Shown piece after piece: positions 56,821 through 64,000 of a stretch of DNA of 64,000 bases. The first letter of the stretch is position 1; each line of letters begins with the position of its first letter. Origin of the DNA: Gammaproteobacteria bacterium (GTDB lineage: Bacteria > Pseudomonadota > Gammaproteobacteria > CAKMZV01); contig OZ255843.1 of NCBI GenBank assembly GCA_965277775.1, forward strand, positions 1,112,131 through 1,176,130, written 5' to 3'. A program made the translations under genes and the position numbers. The notes beneath the pieces were generated by a model. That model saw only the letters and a list, made by a program, of their open reading frames with translations. It was not told the origin of the DNA and searched no databases.

Positions 56821-57651
56821 ATGAAAATCGTCATTGCTATTTCTGTTATTGTGCTCGGCTTCCTCGCCTATTATTTCAGTCAATCCCCCGAACGCGCTGC
56901 TGACAAAGCGCCTGAGGAAAAGGTTGTCAGCGTCCCCGAAGCGCCCGACAAAAAGGAAGTCGTTAAAAAGACCCTGCCCACCTCAAAACATATCCCTGAT
57001 TTTGGTGCCATAAAAGATGTCAAAGAAAAAAAGCGAACCTTCATCGAATTCATGCTGGTACGAATCATAGAAGCCAATAAATCCATCTCCGCACAAAGAA
57101 ATATTGTGAGTGGTCTGCATGCGCAATGGCAACAAAACCAGGCATTATCCCCAGCAAAGATCGTCCAAGTAACAACCTTGGCTGAAAAATATGGCGTATC
57201 AACATCGACAACTGTGGCAAAAATGCTCGACCAGTTATTGGTCCGCGTCGCTGAAGTTCCGCCTTCTTTAGCCATCGCTCAAGCCGCCAATGAATCCGCC
57301 TGGGGAACGTCTCGATTTGCACGAAAAGGCAATAACTTCTATGGACAATGGTGTTTTGTTAAAGGCTGTGGCCTAGTTCCTAAACAGCGTTCAAAGGGAG
57401 ACATCCAAGAGGTGAAGAAATTCAGCTCTCCCTTAGGCTCGGTGACCAGTTACATGAGAAACCTCAATACCCACAGGAGTTATGCCTTATTACGTAAAAT
57501 TCGATACCAATCCTTAGTCAAAGGCAAAAAACCGCTGGGCGTCGATTTGGCGCGTGGCTTAATTCGATACTCCGAAAGACGTCAGGCCTACGTTGATGAA
57601 ATCATTTCGATGATAAAATACAATAAATTAGGTCGCTTCGACACCCAATAA
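56821..57651 (+). CDS. bax: Bax-like glucosaminidase-domain protein
   Basis: N-terminal anchor and C-terminal AQAANESAWGTSRFARKGNNFYGQWCF glucosaminidase (FlgJ-type) motif. Size is as for E. coli Bax. Confidence 0.75.
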   Translation: MKIVIAISVIVLGFLAYYFSQSPERAADKAPEEKVVSVPEAPDKKEVVKKTLPTSKHIPDFGAIKDVKEKKRTFIEFMLVRIIEANKSISAQRNIVSGLHAQWQQNQALSPAKIVQVTTLAEKYGVSTSTTVAKMLDQLLVRVAEVPPSLAIAQAANESAWGTSRFARKGNNFYGQWCFVKGCGLVPKQRSKGDIQEVKKFSSPLGSVTSYMRNLNTHRSYALLRKIRYQSLVKGKKPLGVDLARGLIRYSERRQAYVDEIISMIKYNKLGRFDTQ

Positions 57652-57683
57652 TTCCATCCACAAATCAAAATTAAGTAATCATT

Positions 57684-58211
57684 ATGAAACTTTTAGCTTT
57701 TGCTGCCAGTAACAGCAGCCAATCGATCAATAAACGCCTCGTCAGTTACGCCGCTCAGCTCGTGCCCAACTCGATTACAGAGGTTTTAGACCTAAACGAC
57801 TATGAGTTGCCACTGTTCAGTGAAGATCGAGAGAAGGCATTGGGACAACCGCAAATCGCTCACGATTTTTTAATGAAAATTGCGGAATGTGATGCGCTGA
57901 TGATTTCATTTGCAGAGCACAATGGTTCTATGACGGCCGCTTATAAAAACCTGTTCGATTGGTGCTCGCGAATCAATAACAAAGTCTATCAAGATAAACC
58001 AATGGTATTGCTGGCAACTTCTCCAGGCGGTCGGGGTGGCAAGGGTGCATTAGAAAAAGCGCTGATTGAAGTACCACGTTTTGCTGGAAAGGTGGTTGGG
58101 CACTTTTCTCTGCCAAGTTTCTATGATCAATTTGATTCAGAGAAAAATGAAATAAAAGACCCTGCCATGCAGCAAAAATTGGTGGATGTTGTGTTGAAGT
58201 TGGTTCAATAA
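57684..58211 (+). CDS. NADPH-dependent FMN reductase family oxidoreductase
   Basis: 175 aa with a flavodoxin-like fold: MKLLAFAASNSSQSINKRL, FAEHNGSMTAAYKNLFDW. Confidence 0.7.
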   Translation: MKLLAFAASNSSQSINKRLVSYAAQLVPNSITEVLDLNDYELPLFSEDREKALGQPQIAHDFLMKIAECDALMISFAEHNGSMTAAYKNLFDWCSRINNKVYQDKPMVLLATSPGGRGGKGALEKALIEVPRFAGKVVGHFSLPSFYDQFDSEKNEIKDPAMQQKLVDVVLKLVQ

Positions 58212-58307
58212 GTCTGGCAATAAAGCCCGTTTGCCGTGGTTTTTAACGCCTTTTAACAGGCGATCTTCTACAGATAAATCCCTTAGCAATTCCAATCAAT
58301 ATGTTGG

Positions 58308-59885
58308 CTATTTGCGGAAGAACCCTTGGGTGATGGGATAGCGACGTTCGCGACCAAACGATTTCTCACTGACTTTTATACCCGGTGCAGCCTGCCTTCT
58401 TTTGTGTTCGTTTTGGATGACTTTTTGAATGACCGGGTTAACCTCGGACGCAGGATAATGTTCTGGTGTTGTATCCTGTTCCACAAAGGATCGAAGCATA
58501 TCATCGAGTTCGTGATACTCAGGCAAGCTGTCTGAGTCTTTCTGATTTTCCGAAAGTTCTGCGCTGGGCGCGCGGGTGATGACTTCGGGCGGGATTCTTA
58601 TCTCGTTTTGGTTGCAATGGTTTGCCAGCGCATAAACTTGTTCTTTCAAAACGTCTTTCAGCGGCGCAAACCCCCCAGCCATATCGCCATACAGCGTGGT
58701 ATATCCAACCGCTGTCTCACTCTTATTGCTCGTCGTGATCAACAATTTGCCCTGTTGATTAGAAAGCGCCATGAGCAATAGACCCCTGGTTCGAGCTTGA
58801 ATGTTCTGAGTTGTGACTGCGCTCAGGGGTTGTGCTAATTTGTCATTGAGCACCGCCGACACCGCATCGACGATCGATGTGATGGGCAAGTCAATCAACG
58901 CCACTTGAAGCAGACGGGCTTGGGTTTGGGCTAATTGTCGGCTCATTTCAGAAGTGTAAATATGGGGCATCATCACAGCGGTCACTTGATCTTTACCCAA
59001 TGCCGCCACACACAACTCTAAAGTCAATGCAGAGTCAATGCCGCCTGAAAGCCCCAGAATAACCCCAGAAAAATGATTTTTGCGAACATAGTCTTGAATG
59101 CCCAAGACCAGTGCTTGATACAAATGGTCTATAGGGTCAAGCACTGTATGGGGCTCAACCTGACATTCAGCAACATTTTGCACACATTCAGCGAAGAAGG
59201 GCGCTTGATACAGGATTTTCTCTTCAGAGTTTATCAAAAATGAACCGCCATCAAACAGCAACTCATCCTGTCCTCCGACCAAATTACAATATAAAACGGT
59301 GCACGATTGCGACCGAGCCACGGCGCTGATCATTTTAAGACGCGCGTGGTATTTGCTTTGATCAAAAGGGGAGGCGTTCAAACTGACCAACAGGTCGCAA
59401 CCATTAGACAAGTGTTCGACCGTTTCTGAGTGCCAAAGGTCCTCACAAATGGCGACGCTGACGACTTGGTTCTGCCAATCAAATAAAACAGGCTCTGTCC
59501 CTGATGTGAAGTAACGACGCTCATCAAATACCCCATAATTGGGCAGTTGGTGCTTTTTGTAGTATTGTACAACCGCACCATTTTGTATCACAGCGGCGGC
59601 ATTAAAGCACACTGAACCCTGCCAATAAGGCACGCCGAGTAAAACCGTTGATTGATGACAATAAGCTAAGATTTGCGCCATGGCACTTTCAAGTTCGCGG
59701 CGAAAATCTGAACGTAGCAATAAATCTTCTGGCGGATAGCCTGAAAGCACCAGCTCAGGAAAAACAATCAGACAGGGCGTCTGGTTGGATTTTTCAACTT
59801 TCTCAATAATCCTTGTGATTTTCTCGACGTTACCGACAATATCTCCGACAATCGGATTAATTTGACCAATGATAATGTTGTTCAT
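58308..59885 (-). CDS. nadE: Glutamine-dependent NAD+ synthetase
   Basis: N-terminal CN-hydrolase domain (VFPELVLSGYPPEDL, ICEDLW) and C-terminal synthetase domain with the P-loop GLSGGIDS. Confidence 0.9.
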   Translation of the reverse strand: MNNIIIGQINPIVGDIVGNVEKITRIIEKVEKSNQTPCLIVFPELVLSGYPPEDLLLRSDFRRELESAMAQILAYCHQSTVLLGVPYWQGSVCFNAAAVIQNGAVVQYYKKHQLPNYGVFDERRYFTSGTEPVLFDWQNQVVSVAICEDLWHSETVEHLSNGCDLLVSLNASPFDQSKYHARLKMISAVARSQSCTVLYCNLVGGQDELLFDGGSFLINSEEKILYQAPFFAECVQNVAECQVEPHTVLDPIDHLYQALVLGIQDYVRKNHFSGVILGLSGGIDSALTLELCVAALGKDQVTAVMMPHIYTSEMSRQLAQTQARLLQVALIDLPITSIVDAVSAVLNDKLAQPLSAVTTQNIQARTRGLLLMALSNQQGKLLITTSNKSETAVGYTTLYGDMAGGFAPLKDVLKEQVYALANHCNQNEIRIPPEVITRAPSAELSENQKDSDSLPEYHELDDMLRSFVEQDTTPEHYPASEVNPVIQKVIQNEHKRRQAAPGIKVSEKSFGRERRYPITQGFFRK

Positions 59886-60025
59886 ATTAGGCTGTGGTAA
59901 ACTTCATTGTTATGGGATAGAGACCTGTGCTTGTCGTGCTTGCAAGCGCGTCAAAATTAAACGTGTCCTGCCAATCTCTAAGCATTTCGGTAGAGCAAAT
60001 TTGTTATAAGTATTATAATCGTCTT

Positions 60026-60244
60026 ATGGGAATAATCAAAATTTTAGTTGCGTTCGGGGCGCTCTATATTTTATATCGGGGCCTGAACCTCATAGTCAAC
60101 AATTTCAAGCGTGCGACCGACGAACGTGCCACTGGCGATAAATTGGTTGCCTGCAAACGGTGCGGCGTCCATGTCCCCACCAATGAGGCAAATTCAGATT
60201 CAGATGAATTTCTGTGCGAAAATTGTAAACAATCTTCATCGTAA
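60026..60244 (+). CDS. Small membrane-anchored zinc-ribbon protein (PP0621-family-like). The start is at MGIIK
   Basis: One N-terminal TM helix followed by CKRCGVHVP...CENC. The upstream part of the track ORF lacks coding character. Confidence 0.5.
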   Translation: MGIIKILVAFGALYILYRGLNLIVNNFKRATDERATGDKLVACKRCGVHVPTNEANSDSDEFLCENCKQSSS

Positions 60245-60256
60245 ATACCAAAAACA

Positions 60257-60285
60257 CCAAAGTCCTTACCCCACGCTGGTATAAT
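60257..60285 (+). promoter_or_regulatory. Candidate extended -10 promoter for tRNA-Arg
   Basis: TGgTATAAT (60277..60285) followed by the GC-rich CGCCACG. The tRNA 5' end lies 22 nt downstream. The -35 is weak. Confidence 0.5.
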
Positions 60286-60306
60286 CGCCACGTTATTAGA
60301 TAAGCT

Positions 60307-60383
60307 GCGCCCGTAGTTCAACTGGATAGAATACCTGGCTACGAACTAGGCGGTTGGGAGTTCGAGTCTTCCCGGGCGCGCCA
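60307..60383 (+). tRNA. argV: tRNA-Arg (anticodon ACG), CCA encoded
   Basis: GCGCCCGTAGTTCAACTGGATAGAATACCTGGCTACGAACTAGGCGGTTGGGAGTTCGAGTCTTCCCGGGCGCGCCA folds as a cloverleaf and is similar to E. coli tRNA-Arg(ACG). Confidence 0.95.
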
Positions 60384-60398
60384 TTCCAAAGAATATCA

Positions 60399-61520
60399 AT
60401 GATAGACACCTTTATAACCGACCATTCCATTCTTATAGGCGTCATTGCTTTAGCACTTGTTATAGCGATTATCGTTGTCCCCATATCAAGATGGATCCTC
60501 CATCGAACGTTTTATCCTGAGTGGTTTGACCCCTCCATTCGCAGACGTTTGCGCATTCCCCTTATTTTATTCTTATGGATGGTGTTAATCCGCTTTTCCT
60601 ATGAGGTGAGCCTCTCAATTTATGGTTTCACTGACTCGATCGTTGTTCGATCCGCTTTTTCCATTATGCACTTTTTCATCGTTGCTTGGGCCTTTGTGAT
60701 TTTTTCTCGCCTGCTGGCTCGATTCTTCATCAGTCGTAAAAAGCAAGACAAACAATGGAAAACCAATATTCATGGATTAGAAAAGCTCGCCTTGGCGACC
60801 GCCATCATCGTTTTCATCGTCTTTGCGCTCAATTCATTTGGTTATAACGTTTCAAGCTTTTTAGCGGCTGGTGGTATTGCTGGTATCGCCATTGGTCTGG
60901 CTTCACGAGACATGCTGGCCAATATGTTTGGTGGCCTTTTTCTATATTTAGACAAACCCTTTGCTGTGGGTGACTGGGTGCGCTCAGATGATCGCGAAAT
61001 AGAGGGCACCATCGAAAAAATTGGCATCCGTCAAACCATGGTCAGAAAGTTTAACAGCCGCCCACTATATATTCCCAATGCGGTGTTCGGTAACATCGTT
61101 ATTGAAAATCCTTCGAGAATGTCAAATCGCTTGATTACTGAGCATTTTGGCCTACGTTATAAGGATGCACACGTCGCAAAATCCATCATTGACGACATTC
61201 GCCAGTGGTTAATTGAAAATCCAGAAATTGATAATACGCGCACCTTGATGGTTTACTTAGACTCCTTTAATGCCAGCTCATTAGACTGTTGCGTCTATAC
61301 CTCAACCGTTACAACCAACTGGGAAACCTTCCATAGAATTAAGCAAGAGGTTTTGTTAAAAGTTTTAGAAATCATCAAAGAGCACGGCGCCGACTGTCCT
61401 TTCCCAACTCAAACATTGGACATCCCTGAGCCCGCGTCAAATCAACAAGCCGCCATTGAAGATGACGAAGCGGCCGTTCTTATGCGCACCATAGGCAAAA
61501 AACCCCCGCTTAGAAAGTAA
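60399..61520 (+). CDS. MscS-family mechanosensitive channel. The start is taken at MIDTF, downstream of the tRNA
   Basis: N-terminal TM helices followed by the MscS core ANMFGGLFLYLDKPFAVGDWV...GTIEKIGIRQT. Confidence 0.8.
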   Translation: MIDTFITDHSILIGVIALALVIAIIVVPISRWILHRTFYPEWFDPSIRRRLRIPLILFLWMVLIRFSYEVSLSIYGFTDSIVVRSAFSIMHFFIVAWAFVIFSRLLARFFISRKKQDKQWKTNIHGLEKLALATAIIVFIVFALNSFGYNVSSFLAAGGIAGIAIGLASRDMLANMFGGLFLYLDKPFAVGDWVRSDDREIEGTIEKIGIRQTMVRKFNSRPLYIPNAVFGNIVIENPSRMSNRLITEHFGLRYKDAHVAKSIIDDIRQWLIENPEIDNTRTLMVYLDSFNASSLDCCVYTSTVTTNWETFHRIKQEVLLKVLEIIKEHGADCPFPTQTLDIPEPASNQQAAIEDDEAAVLMRTIGKKPPLRK

Positions 61521-61566
61521 AGTCAGTTCCTTTCATTAAAAAGCGATTTGCTTTTAAAAAATCCAA

Positions 61567-62190
61567 TTAGGAAGCGACCCTTTGTTTAAGTTGCTTTTGT
61601 TGCTTCAGGTAAATCAAATAATGCAACAGTATGTGCGCGAGTACAGTGCTGTAGATTTGTTGGGTCAGCCAAGCAATAATCAACAGCAAGAAGCCCATGA
61701 TTAAAGGGAAAGCCCATTCCTTGTAATTGGGTGTTATGCGCCATAAAATCCAGCCGATCATACACAGTGCAATGCCTTGCCAAGCAGGCAGTGCCTTAAA
61801 CCATTCTATGGCGTACAGCCGAAAAAGGATTTCTTCTAAGAGGGGTAGTAGCAGGATGAACATGGATTGCTTTAACCGTGTATCTAATTGGGGTAGGGTT
61901 TCGTAGCTTAGCCATTCAAGGTTTTGCGATACCACAAACAGCAATGGGCCCAAAAACAACCCCAAGGCAAGCGCCAAGATCGGACTCGGGGTTATGCTGT
62001 ACTTTTTCAGGAAATGTGCCGTTGACGGCTCATTGATTGCGAATAACGCCAAAAACGCCGCAATAATCACCAACCTTAAACACGTGCTGAAGCTGATAAA
62101 TGATCGCGCGGGATTAAACAGTCTAAGCAACAAATGAATGGCGATTAAAACCAAAATCGGGGCACTCAGCCAATAAAGCGTATCGGACAT
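61567..62190 (-). CDS. CPBP-family intramembrane metalloprotease (CAAX protease-like)
   Basis: LLEEILFRLY (EExxxR motif) and a distal HxxxH-type region (AHILLHY) in a polytopic 207-aa protein. Confidence 0.7.
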   Translation of the reverse strand: MSDTLYWLSAPILVLIAIHLLLRLFNPARSFISFSTCLRLVIIAAFLALFAINEPSTAHFLKKYSITPSPILALALGLFLGPLLFVVSQNLEWLSYETLPQLDTRLKQSMFILLLPLLEEILFRLYAIEWFKALPAWQGIALCMIGWILWRITPNYKEWAFPLIMGFLLLIIAWLTQQIYSTVLAHILLHYLIYLKQQKQLKQRVAS

Positions 62191-62363
62191 TTTAATTAGT
62201 AAAGCATCGTGTTAATAAATCATTATACGAATAATTGCAAGCGCTTGACACGGATCTTGCAAAACTCAAGGGCGTTTAATGAACCAAAGCAACAGCGCAA
62301 AAACAAAGACGATCAGCGCAACAACGATGATCAATAATAGCCCGTGCTCTGTCATCCTAATAA

Positions 62364-62714
62364 TTAGGTTTTAGTCCAAACCGCCAATTCATTACCATTT
62401 GGGTCCCTAAAATGAAAACGGCGCCCGCCTGGAAATGAAAATATCTCTTTGTTAATCACACCACCATGGTCCTTAACCTTTTTCAGTGTGCTTTCGAGCG
62501 CGTCACTATACAACACAACCAAAACAGAGCCCGTGTCGGTGTTACTGACCAAGTCTGACTGATAAAATCCACCGTCCAAACCCGCATTTTCTATGGCAAT
62601 GTACTCAGGGCCATAATCGACAAATGTCCAACCAAATGCTGCCCCATAAAACTGTTTAACCGCTTTTAAATCCCGCGCTGGGAGTTCTACATAATCGATT
62701 TTTTCCTGTGTCAT
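62364..62714 (-). CDS. VOC/glyoxalase-family protein
   Basis: 116 aa. YVELPARDLKAVKQFYGAAFGW ... FRDPNGNELAVW is the typical paired beta-alpha-beta-beta-beta module. Confidence 0.7.
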   Translation of the reverse strand: MTQEKIDYVELPARDLKAVKQFYGAAFGWTFVDYGPEYIAIENAGLDGGFYQSDLVSNTDTGSVLVVLYSDALESTLKKVKDHGGVINKEIFSFPGGRRFHFRDPNGNELAVWTKT

Positions 62715-62759
62715 GATTTCATCCTCTTGTCGTATTAAAAATGGGATTAAGACTGTGCT

Positions 62760-63995
62760 CTATGGTGACTCCAAACACGCTTGTTCCGGCGCAAATAAAG
62801 ACTCAAAAGATTGACGGGCACGAATGAGCCGATGGTTAGACTCGTGGACCAACACCTCGGCCACAAACGGTCGTGTATTATAATTTGAAGCCATCACCCG
62901 ACTGTAAGCCCCTACCGAATGCACGCATAAATAATCATTTGCCTGGATGATTAGGTCGCGATTTTTGCCGAGAAAATCGCTGGATTCACACACAGGGCCA
63001 ACAATGTCGTAAACCGTTTTGGAACCCGCTCTTTTAACCACGGGCTCAATCTCATGATGCGCTGAATAGAGCGCGGGTCGAATTAAATCGTTCATCGCTG
63101 CGTCAACAATGGCAAAGTGTTTTCCGCCATTATGTTTCAAGTACTCAACTTTGGTAATCAACACACCGGCATTTGCTATGACAGAGCGACCCGGTTCAAT
63201 AATAACGGTGTAATCCTCGGGTATAAGCGCCAATATTTGAGATAAATAGTCGTTGATGGTCGGCGGCGATTCTTGTGCATATTGAACGCCTAAGCCGCCA
63301 CCCAAATCAATGTGGCTCAATTCAACGCCCACTTCTTTTAACTGGTCAACCACTTGTAACACCTTCTGAACCGCGTCTTGAAAAGGTTGTATGTCTAACA
63401 GTTGTGAGCCAATATGACAAGAAATGCCTTTTACTTTCAAACAGGGGTCTGTATGAGCTTGCAGGTATAAACGCTGGGCTTCATCGATGGTCACGCCAAA
63501 TTTATTATCCTTTAAGCCTGTAGCAATATAGGGGTGGGTGTTAGCGTCCACGTCTGGATTGACACGTATTGAAATCGGCGCAATTGCACCCATTTTTTGA
63601 GCAATCGATGCAATTCTATCCAATTCAGCGGCTGATTCAACGCTAAAACTGTTGACACCCGCTTCCAAAGCCAATGAAATTTCCCATGGCTGTTTTGCCA
63701 CCCCTGAAAAGATGGTTTTGCTGGCAATGCCCCCTGCGAGCAAAACGGCTTTGAGCTCGCCGCCAGAGACCACATCGAAGCCACTGCCTAATTTGGCAAA
63801 TTGCTGCAAAATGCTCAGATTGCTATTTGCTTTGACGGCGTAACAAATGTCATGGCTTCTGGTCCCAAATGCCTGTTTATAGGCTTGCCATTGGTGGGTG
63901 AACGCGGTTTGACTATAAACAAAAAGGGGCGATCCGTATTGTTCAGCCAAAACGTCTAATGCGACGCCTTCCATGTGCAATTTGTCGTGCTTCAA
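62760..63995 (-). CDS. lysA: Diaminopimelate decarboxylase
   Basis: PLP lysine context YAVKANSN, HIGSQ motif, GGGLG and EPGRS motifs, and CESSD near the C-terminus. Confidence 0.9.
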   Translation of the reverse strand: MKHDKLHMEGVALDVLAEQYGSPLFVYSQTAFTHQWQAYKQAFGTRSHDICYAVKANSNLSILQQFAKLGSGFDVVSGGELKAVLLAGGIASKTIFSGVAKQPWEISLALEAGVNSFSVESAAELDRIASIAQKMGAIAPISIRVNPDVDANTHPYIATGLKDNKFGVTIDEAQRLYLQAHTDPCLKVKGISCHIGSQLLDIQPFQDAVQKVLQVVDQLKEVGVELSHIDLGGGLGVQYAQESPPTINDYLSQILALIPEDYTVIIEPGRSVIANAGVLITKVEYLKHNGGKHFAIVDAAMNDLIRPALYSAHHEIEPVVKRAGSKTVYDIVGPVCESSDFLGKNRDLIIQANDYLCVHSVGAYSRVMASNYNTRPFVAEVLVHESNHRLIRARQSFESLFAPEQACLESP

Positions 63996-64000
63996 CTGGA

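Noticed and set aside
60296-60398. The N-terminal 15 codons of the MscS ORF and the - strand ORF 60296..60484, both overlapping tRNA-Arg
   Set aside because: A perfect tRNA-Arg(ACG) cloverleaf occupies this stretch. The MscS gene has an in-frame ATG just downstream (60399).
62266-62355. 29-codon - strand ORF encoding a single TM helix (MTEHGLLLIIVVALIVFVFALLLWFIKRP) between the VOC and CPBP genes
   Set aside because: It is plausible as a small membrane peptide. However, there is no RBS, no conservation data and it is very short, so I cannot distinguish it from chance.

Overview
This is a chromosomal window from a moderately AT-rich Gram-negative bacterium. Gene content and protein signatures look gammaproteobacterial, but I make no species call. 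All functional calls come from reading motifs in the supplied translations and the raw sequence; no database search, HMM or folding run was possible. I can support about 55 protein genes and 4 tRNAs.

Most of the window is housekeeping:
- a fatty-acid beta-oxidation operon (FadN-type dehydrogenase/hydratase, thiolase, NMO-family flavoenzyme, FadD)
- pntAB, a HisJQMP-type basic amino acid ABC transporter, pepN and nrdAB
- yegQ/trhP-like U32 protein, a SulP transporter, heme O synthase, lpxL and azlCD
- hslU, ubiE-ubiJ, bioA, fldA, bax, nadE, an MscS channel and lysA

The accessory content falls into three groups:
1. Two paralogous, highly repetitive surface proteins. The first (5..7162) is truncated by the window edge. 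It combines Ig/cadherin-like repeats, three C-type-lectin-like modules and an FG-GAP propeller, and it carries an in-frame 14-nt poly-C tract. The second (46891..49914) is a lipoprotein version.
2. A low-GC islet of about 3.5 kb between nrdA and a tRNA-Tyr/Gly/Thr cluster. It carries an AlpA-like regulator and an ORF full of GTGTAT iteron-like repeats, but no integrase.
3. Within that islet, a translationally coupled three-gene cassette of SPPY methyltransferase, HNH nuclease and an unrecognisable 219-aa protein.

That cassette is my best candidate for an undescribed system (an R-M-like defence module with an extra component). The lectin/propeller adhesins are second.

Smaller oddities:
- a 66-bp-period duplication of the nrdA translation-initiation region, with mini-uORFs
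- hslU without hslV
- recD without recBC
- ubiE-ubiJ without ubiB
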